Below, piece after piece: positions 55,349 to 64,000 of a stretch of 64,000 nucleotides of DNA (positions are counted from its first letter, which is position 1; each line of letters begins with the position of its first letter). A program made the translations under genes and the position numbers. The notes below the pieces were generated by a model. That model saw nothing but the letters and a program-made list of their open reading frames with translations. It was not told the DNA's origin and did no database searches. The stretch covers positions 19,468,001-19,532,000 of the forward strand of contig OX597830.1 of assembly GCA_951406725.2 (NCBI GenBank), written 5' to 3'. The stretch is from Octopus vulgaris (taxonomy: Eukaryota).

Positions 55349-55525
55349 TACTTGCATGCATACACATTTATGTACGTGTTTATTTTACAGGAGCCCTCAT
55401 TCTACCAAAATCTGTATCGTATAAAATAATTTTAAAATAGAAACTAACAAAAGAGAGAAGCTGGTAAATTCTTAACATTTCACATGGAGAAAAACCCAAG
55501 TAGAGAATTTGCAATGTGGACAAAC

Positions 55526-55570
55526 CTGTTTGGATTTTTAAGTTCCTCTATGACATTACTGAGGTTATTC
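55526..55570 (-). CDS. SLC7A9: SLC7A9-like copy B exon (45 nt) NNLSNVIEELKNPNR
   Basis: aacag| acceptor, AG|gtttgt donor; homologous to 6182-6226. Confidence 0.91.
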
Positions 55571-56513
55571 CTGTTTTGGAAAAAAATATAAAATAAAATA
55601 AAAAGGAGAAAAGATTGAAAAAGTGGAGGATATTAATAATTTTGCCGAACTGCTAAGTTACGGGGACGTAAACACACATACATACATACATAAAAATACA
55701 TATATACGACGGGCTTCTTTCAGTTTCCGTCTACCAAATCCACTCACAAGGCTTTGGTCGGCCCGAGGCTATAGTAGAAGGTGCCACACAGTGGGACTGA
55801 ACTCGGAACCATGTGGTTGGTAAGCAAACTACTTACCACACAGCCACTCCTACGCCTATAAAAGGTAAAATTGAACTCGGCGGAATTTGAACACAGAACG
55901 TTAAGACGGACGGAATGCTACTAAGAATTTCGCCCGGCATACTAACGATTCTACCAGCTCACCGCCCTAAAAAATTACAACAGACACTTCAGGACGTGAT
56001 GGGAGAAATCCTTTTAGCCTCAAAAAGTGAAAAATTATAGCACAGTCTGCTATGCTTTTGAAATTAAAGAATCAGCCAAAATTTGGGCTGAAAGTTTGGG
56101 ACACACATCTGGCTTTACATTTGCACCCCCAATACATGGGAGCAAAGAAATACTAGAGTGACAATAAAAGATATAAGAAACGATTCCAATCTGTGGCTAG
56201 TCATCACTTTTGTATCACAGTATGGGTTAATAGTGAAAGCAGCCCTAATAAGAGGCTGCATGTGGTCAGGAGGTATTAAAATGGGCTTCAAAGCACTCAT
56301 ATAACCCTACAGTTGCATGTTAGGACTGTGTCCAACCAAAGGGCTTAAGATTGACGATACAGGGGCCAAATGCCTAGTTGTTACCTGTATTATAGTATGA
56401 ATCACTTCAAAGCCTTGAAGAATAGAAAGACTCGGCAAAAAGCAAAACAAGAGACAAATGAGAAATGGAAATAAGGAAGACCACCTGAGCAAGAAAAAGA
56501 ACAACAAATTCCA

Positions 56514-56573
<60 letters not shown>

Positions 56574-56575
<2 letters not shown>

Positions 56576-58940
56576 CGGTAAGCTAGTTCAGCTGCTCAAT
56601 GGAATTATGAGAGACCCAAAGAAAACACCTGAATGGTTAGCAAGTGGCATTACTTACCTACTCCCAAAGAATAACGAAACCAACCTTCCAAAAAACTATC
56701 GGCCTATAACCTGTCTATCCACCACGTATAAAATCCTAACATCTATCCTGGCGGAGAAAACATATGCATTCATGGAGAAGAACGATATTTTCCCCATTGA
56801 ACAAAAAAGGTGCCGCCGAGGCTCTTACGGATGCAAAGATCAACTGCTAATCAATCGTATGATCCTTGAGAACTGTCACAACAAGCGCAGAAATCTCAGC
56901 ACCGCATGGATTGACTACAAAAAGGCCTTCGATAGTATACCGCATCCATGGATCTTGAGATCGCTGGACATCTTCAAAATTTCCCCTGTGATTTCAAACT
57001 TCCTGAAGCACAATATGTCGTTGTGGAATACGAATCTCCAATTATACCACTCTAATGGAGTACTTGCCTCAGAAAATATAAACATCAACTGTGGAATTTT
57101 TCAAGGTGACTCACTTTCACCTTTAATATTCTGCATAGCCCTAATACCCCTTACAAGTGAATTAAACAGAACAGGGTATGGGTATAAAATTGCCAATAAA
57201 AAAATAAGCCATCTATTTTATATGGATGACTTAAAACTTTATGGTAAAGACAATAATGAACTTGAAGGCCTATTGCGCACCGTGAAAGCATTCAGCGATG
57301 ACATCGGGATGGAGTTTGGACTTGAGAAGTGTGCCAAGGCCACTTTCCAGAAAGGGAAAGTGAAGACCACAAATTCAGTCGTGTTAGATGTTGACACAGT
57401 CATAAGAGAGCTTGAGCAAGAACAAACATACAAATATTTAGGGGTAAATGAAGGCTCTGGTATTCAGCATGCAAGCATGAAAGAGAAAATCAGGAAGGAA
57501 TGTTATAGGAGAGTTCGTGCAGTCCTGAAATCTGAACTAAATGCACGTAACAAGGTGTTAGCTATAAATTCCTTAGCAGTTCCAGTTGTTACTTATAGCT
57601 ACAATGTGTTGAACTGGAATATGAGTGAAGTAAAGAATATAGATAGAAAAATACGCAAGCTGCTGAGTTGTAATAGGATGCACCACCCAAAGGCAGACGT
57701 AGATCGCCTTTACCTTCCCAGAGCCCAAGGAGGTCGAGGCCTGATCCAATTTGAACTAGCTTACAAAACAACCACAATTGGACTGGCCAAATATCTCGAA
57801 ATATCGAATGACTGGATGCTAAAGCTCGTGGAAAATCACGAGAGACGAAAGAAGCTTCATTCTATTATAAATGAAAGCAAAAAATTTGCTATTGATCTCG
57901 TGCAGGATATCCAAACTGAACAACCCGAGGGAAGTACGGCAACTATTGTTGCAAAGAAGGTGAAAATGATGGCAATGAAAAAAGCGCACGAGCAATTGGC
58001 TGATAGGTGGGAGGAGAAACCTCTGCACGGCAAATATGTGACCCGCAGCAAACAAGCTGATGTTGACCAGAAGCAAACCCATCAGTGGCTACGGAGCTCA
58101 GGGCTAAAAGCAGAGAGCGAAGGTTTCATCCTGGCTGCTCAAGATCAAAGCCTATTAACCCGGAACTACCAGGCCAATGTGATGAAAAATGGAGCAGACC
58201 CAAAATGCCGATTCTGCAACGACATGATTGAAACAGTGGACCACCTAATCTCTGGATGTAAAGTCTTAGCACCAGTGGAGTATAAATTAAGACATGACAG
58301 AGTTGGCCAATATCTCCACTGGCTAATAAGTCGGCATTACAATATCAAAACTGCCGACAAGTGGTATAATCACCACCCTGAGGCTGTAACTGAAGGAGAA
58401 AATGTAACCATTCTGTGGGACTTTCCAGTACATACAGACCGAACCATCAAGGCCAATAAACCAGATATTGTTGTGAAAGACCAAAACAATAAAGTTTGCT
58501 TATTGATCGACATGAGCATCCCCTGTGATCATAATATCTCAGCGAAAGAGTTTGACAAGCTCAGAAAATATAAAGACCTACTCATTGAAATTGAGAAAAT
58601 GTGGCATCTCAAGGCGGTTACAATACCAGTGATCGTAGGAGCACTAGGAATGATCAAGAAGGGAACCGAAAATTATATGAGAATGATCTCTGGCTTACCA
58701 TCCCTGCAAGAAGTGCAAAAGATTGTCTTAACTGGTACATCACACGTATTGAGAAGAGCGTTGTCGATGTGAGAACTGTTGCTGCTCATGTATTTTAATT
58801 TAACTTAAAAAAAAAAAAAATGAACGAACTACTGAGTTTGGTTTAATGGCCTACCAATGTATACTATGAGTTTCTTTGCCCTAGGAGTCGGGAAGACACT
58901 CGGCAAGAAATGTAAGCAAATTTGAAAGAAGAAAAAAAAA

Positions 58941-58942
<2 letters not shown>
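56574..58942 (+). mobile_element. 5'-truncated R4/Dong-clade non-LTR retrotransposon inserted in (TAA)n
   Basis: Uninterrupted RT (YRPITCL, IDYKKAFDS, QGDSLSP, YMDD), CCHC knuckle (CRFC..H...C), RHD and PD..D..K restriction-like endonuclease; (TAA)n on both sides. Confidence 0.93.
56607..58772 (+). CDS. Reverse transcriptase / restriction-like endonuclease ORF of the Dong-like LINE (N-terminally truncated, 721 aa)
   Basis: ORF track; the frame is open back to the truncation point at 56574. Confidence 0.85.
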   Translation: MRDPKKTPEWLASGITYLLPKNNETNLPKNYRPITCLSTTYKILTSILAEKTYAFMEKNDIFPIEQKRCRRGSYGCKDQLLINRMILENCHNKRRNLSTAWIDYKKAFDSIPHPWILRSLDIFKISPVISNFLKHNMSLWNTNLQLYHSNGVLASENININCGIFQGDSLSPLIFCIALIPLTSELNRTGYGYKIANKKISHLFYMDDLKLYGKDNNELEGLLRTVKAFSDDIGMEFGLEKCAKATFQKGKVKTTNSVVLDVDTVIRELEQEQTYKYLGVNEGSGIQHASMKEKIRKECYRRVRAVLKSELNARNKVLAINSLAVPVVTYSYNVLNWNMSEVKNIDRKIRKLLSCNRMHHPKADVDRLYLPRAQGGRGLIQFELAYKTTTIGLAKYLEISNDWMLKLVENHERRKKLHSIINESKKFAIDLVQDIQTEQPEGSTATIVAKKVKMMAMKKAHEQLADRWEEKPLHGKYVTRSKQADVDQKQTHQWLRSSGLKAESEGFILAAQDQSLLTRNYQANVMKNGADPKCRFCNDMIETVDHLISGCKVLAPVEYKLRHDRVGQYLHWLISRHYNIKTADKWYNHHPEAVTEGENVTILWDFPVHTDRTIKANKPDIVVKDQNNKVCLLIDMSIPCDHNISAKEFDKLRKYKDLLIEIEKMWHLKAVTIPVIVGALGMIKKGTENYMRMISGLPSLQEVQKIVLTGTSHVLRRALSM

Positions 58943-58976
<34 letters not shown>

Positions 58977-58978
<2 letters not shown>

Positions 58979-59518
58979 CAGGCAGTGGCTCTCATGGCTT
59001 CTGATCTTAACTGATTGGAAGTGTTATCATGTACATTGTTTTGTCTTGGTATAAAAGATGGGCTACAGCAAATATTCTGCTCAATACCACAGATTTGCTT
59101 GTCAGTTGTTTGACCTTAACCAGTTGAGCATGTCCCTTAGTGGCTGACGATATGTGCATCTCTGATCACGAGCAGAAGTAGTGGGGGAGCATCATAGCCA
59201 TGTGTTGAGAGGGATTCTTTGGGGTTTGAATAATTCACCTCTGGAAACATGGGTGGTTCTTTCAACATCCTTAAACAACCCTTATTCAGGGACCTTTTGA
59301 GCGGGATGGGCTACTCAACCTGAAGAAAATTCTAACTCGGCCCCACCTGCAAGGTCATATGCTGTTTATCTTGATATGAGATCACCATGTCGCGCACATA
59401 TGGTTGTGATGCATGTGCCTGGTGTACCCTTATCAGACGGGTAGTCATGATGGGTATATTGGGCTTCGTATATTTTACCCCAGTGTCACTTTGATGACAT
59501 GCACTGCTCTCTCACTCA
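58977..59518. mobile_element. ~540-bp interspersed repeat in (TAA)n; inverted counterpart at 4918-5465
   Basis: Reverse-complement match at the equivalent intron position of copy A. Confidence 0.7.
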
Positions 59519-60023
<505 letters not shown>

Positions 60024-61225
60024 AGTGCGGAATAATCTACCTAAAAAGTGGCAAGGTACAGGGACAGAATTACTGAACAGAGACTTTATTAAACAAATTG
60101 AAACGAAAGGATACAAATACCATTGTGTGCTAGACTTCAACGAGATAATGGATAAGGAAATGAAAGAGCAGCTTAGGATGGGGTATTTCCGAAGATTGTA
60201 GTTGGTGTTGCGCTCAGAACTGACTGGATGGAATAAAATCCAAGCAGTTAATACGTGGATGATAGCATCATTTCGGTATGGAGCGAGAATTATAAAATGG
60301 TAAAAGAAAGAAGTGAAGAAAATGGATACCAAAACCAGAAAAATGTTGATAGTACACGGAGCCTTCCACCCTATGAGTGACACCGATAGGCTGTACTTGT
60401 CCAGAAGAAAAGGTGGGAGAGGTTTGATCAGTTGCCAGGACTGTATCGAAGCAGAGGAAAGCAACGTAGGGTGGTATATAAAAAGTACCGTGGAACCACT
60501 GTTGAAACACATAAAAGATGGCATCATCAAAACTGAAAATTGTGTAACAAAGGAGAAATTTAAACAAGAAATGAACAAAAAAGAAAAAAGGAAAGCATGG
60601 AAGGAAAAAAATGTACGGTCAGTTTGCAAGAGATGTGAACGCCAAAACAGATACAGAGGACCGGTGGCTATGGATGAGGAGGAGTGACCTGAAGACAGAG
60701 AGAGAAGCACTCATATGCGCAGCTCAGGAACAAGCGTTAAGGACCAACTATATGAAGTGTAGAATAGACAACACTACCGATAGCGACGAATGCAGAATGT
60801 GTTGTGAGATGGGTGAAACAGTATGGCATATCGTTAACGAATGCCCGAAATTGGCACAACGCGAATACAAAAGATGCAAGAATGATCCACTGGGAACTCT
60901 GTGGAAATCACGACCTACAAAGAGCAAAGACGTGGTATGAGAAAACCCCGAGAGTAACCGAAAATGAGAATTGCAAAATCCTGTGGGATGTAATGATCCA
61001 GTGCGATCACCCGATCAGAGATAGGAAACCGGACATTATTGTGGTGAATAAAAAGGAAAGAACATGTATGATAATCGACATAGCATGCCCAGGTGACAAC
61101 AGGACCAATGTGAAAGAAGAAAAGATAAATATCTATGACGATTTGAAGAGGGAAAAACGAAGATTGTGGTCAATGAAGAGGGTAGACGTGATACCAGTAG
61201 TAATTGGTGCACTTAAAAGTATCAA
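60024..61225 (+). mobile_element. Older, frameshifted R4/Dong-like LINE fragment following a long (TAA/TGA)n tract
   Basis: HPMSDTDRLYLSRRKGGRGL, AAQEQALRTN, CRMC..ETVWHIVNEC and KPDII..IIDIACP split over several frames. Confidence 0.88.
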
Positions 61226-61402
61226 GGGGACGAACGCTTCTATAACTCTAGGATCTCTTGAAAGGGAACTTGGCATCAAATTTTTCGACCTATATAACCT
61301 GTTTGCCACTAATGTGGATACTTATGACTCGTGTCTTGACGGAAGAGTTACACAATCACAGGACTGAACAATTATGAATGAAACTTAGACAAAACTACTC
61401 AC

Positions 61403-61502
61403 CATCCATTATAGGCCCATAATCCATCATAAAATGCCAAAGCAATAGCTGATCCTGAAGTCTCGGAACCTGTGAAACCCTCTGGGAGGTCGTAGAATTC
61501 AC
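61403..61502 (-). CDS. SLC7A9: SLC7A9-like copy B exon (100 nt; TM6) [34 protein letters not shown]
   Basis: Reverse complement has ttttag|GT acceptor and TG|gtgagt donor; not in the ORF track. Confidence 0.93.
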
Positions 61503-62782
61503 CTAAAAGATGTGATAAGAAAGAAAATTATTATTATTATTATGCCCCCTGTTTGACATATAACGAAGGCACATGGTCTAGTAGTTAGGGTATTGTATTC
61601 ACGATCGCGAGATCGTGGTTTCAATTCATAGACTGGGTGACATGTGTTCTTGAGAAAAATACTTCATCTGACGTTACCCTACAATCACTTTGACACCTGA
61701 GACATGATACACTGTGTACCTGTTCAGGTAACGTCAAGTTAATGGAGAGAGTGAGCTAGTGTGCGGCACATACATTTTGATCATTGTAAACGAATCATTC
61801 GTGCAAGTCGTTCGACAAAAGCTGAACGCTTATATGTCGTCTGCAACGGAAGAGTCCACTATTTAGCATATAAGACGATCTCACATAAGATGCTCCCTTC
61901 TTTTACAAGGGTATTTTGTAGGAAAAATTTAGTAAAAAAGATGGGATAAAAATAAAATAAAACACAAGCGTAAATTAGAGGAATTCACCTAAAAGATGAA
62001 ATTTAAAAAGAGAAAAGAAAACAGAAACCTAGATGTGAAGAAATGCATTTGCCTGTCAATTGTATTAGACGAATGCTATACCTTTTTTTCTCACTTGATA
62101 CTATATATGATAAGGAGTGTCCAGAGTCATCAGCTGTAGCCATCTGGGGCACGGCCTTGAAGAATTTTTCGGCCAACCGAATCAAACCCATTACTTTTTT
62201 TTCAAGCCTTGCGCTTATTCTGTTTTTCACTAGATCGCTAAGTTACAGGGATGTAAACAGACTAACGCTTGTTATTAGAGACAGAAAGATACTCATATAT
62301 ATATATATATATATATATATAATCATGTTAAATCATTAATACTGATACATTTTTCTCTAGTTTTTTTTTTCGTCTCATCTCTTTCTGTTGAAGAGCGTAG
62401 ACTCGAAACATGAAAGACTTTTCCAATCAAACTAATACACCTGCTTGCTGTTCCCTCGCCTGTTTTTGTCTTTTGTTTTCTGTATTGTTTGAGCAATATA
62501 TATATATATATATATATAAATGTGTGTATTTTTCCCTATAGGCTACCTCTGACGTTATATCCTATAACGTTTTTTTGAAACAATGTTAATACCGTTCAGT
62601 TAATATCCATATTTCCATCATTTTCTGTTAAAATGTCTTATTGGCGAGTTTCATTTCTTCACTTCCCTGAAGAGAAGATTACATTGTTTTACACCATTTT
62701 ATTCCTTTGGAATAGTATCAGTGATATCTTCGAAACATGTGACGGAAGTAAAAGAATTTGAATAACACTTGTGTTTAACTCC

Positions 62783-62852
<70 letters not shown>

Positions 62853-64000
62853 TGTGTGTGTGTGTGTATGTATACATGAATTTTAAAATATATTTAAAAT
62901 ACATATAACTAGCAAACGCACCCGTCCCTTGGACGGTTTAATTTGCTTTAGAGGTATTTTTTTTCACTAAATGATTGAACTACCGAGAAGGTTTATGAGT
63001 AGCACGGCAATCTATGCTTCTGATTAACTTAGGAACGGAAAATCAAATTGAAGGCTGGTTATTGTGGAGGTCGTTGCACTTTAATGATCATAGAACATAT
63101 AAGTTTTCAAGCGATGCAAAGTAGAACTACTGAAGTGTTTGTGGATAAAAATACGGATAATGACTACAAAATATAGTTGTTTAACATGAAAGCGAAATTT
63201 CTTGTCAGAAACAGCCACATAAATGGAGTAATGAAATTGAAGGAAGACGTTGAAATTTTTCCTCTATGAGTTTATTTTTTTCAACAGCAAAGGGAGCTAT
63301 TTTTTCAGAGAGAAAAGCTTACAAAAGACCCTTTATTCTGTCTTCCCACATAGCCTGCGCATAAACTAACGGCGAATGCTGCATAAAGTTAAATTGGTAT
63401 GGAGCTTTCTGAAAGATACTTATAGCTTTCGCTAGTGGAAGCAAAACTCTTATTTAAAGTTTGATTTTTGGGTACGAATCATATGTGACTGCTTAAAAAA
63501 GGCTAGAAGGACAATGCTAAAACATGTTTGAAACATGGACAACTATCGAAATATCATAATGGATGGGTAAATAAGCATGCCTAAAGTGAAACAACGCATT
63601 GGTAGGTAAACAAAGATATCAACAAATAGAAGAGAGGGAAGGGAACATCATCTTTCAAGTAACTCAGAATAGGTAAAGGTAAGCTTACCAAAGTTTAATG
63701 CAGTTTAAATATAGAGATTAAGATTGTTTGGTATTGGATATACATCACATACAGTATCCCTAGTCAATTTAATCACTGCTGCAAAAATAGACAAAATCCT
63801 TTCACTTTTATAAAAAGATTTAAAAAGTATGGAAGTCTCTACATACAAAAATAACTATGTTCATCTTGGTCCATTTACACGGAAGCTCTGTTTAGTGCAT
63901 GTCCATCCTTGGGACATGAGTAATGTGTGTAAAGTTTGGTGAAAATCGGTTGAGAATTGTAGAAATGTATGTATGTATGTATTTCTTTTATGTATTACAG

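Overview
AT-rich, microsatellite- and SINE-saturated animal genomic DNA; the repeat families look like those of Octopus (inference, not searched). The window is organised around an inverted, tail-to-tail duplication of an SLC7A9/b(0,+)AT-like light-chain amino acid transporter. Copy A is on + (8 exons, 3363-22718) and copy B on - (8 exons, 61502-35757), with identical exon sizes (100/45/124/104/97/150/169/89 nt); the 5' exons of both lie outside the window. The paralogs are nucleotide-identical over parts of TM9-TM10 and over a 335-bp downstream tract (gene conversion), but differ mainly by amino-acid changes in TM6 and TM8, including Glu versus Asn at the TM6 selectivity position. Two introns of copy B carry a non-coding, TA-flanked repeat (565-bp monomer in one copy) with a covarying type I hammerhead ribozyme fold. 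One copy is a circularly permuted 1.2-kb foldback, and the family looks retrozyme- or Penelope-pLTR-like. Also present are three Penelope GIY-YIG remnants, two (TAA)n-targeted R4/Dong LINEs, RTE and CR1 fragments, Tc1/mariner relics, many tRNA-derived SINEs and an 18-bp minisatellite. Most ORFs in the supplied track are microsatellite or SINE artefacts.
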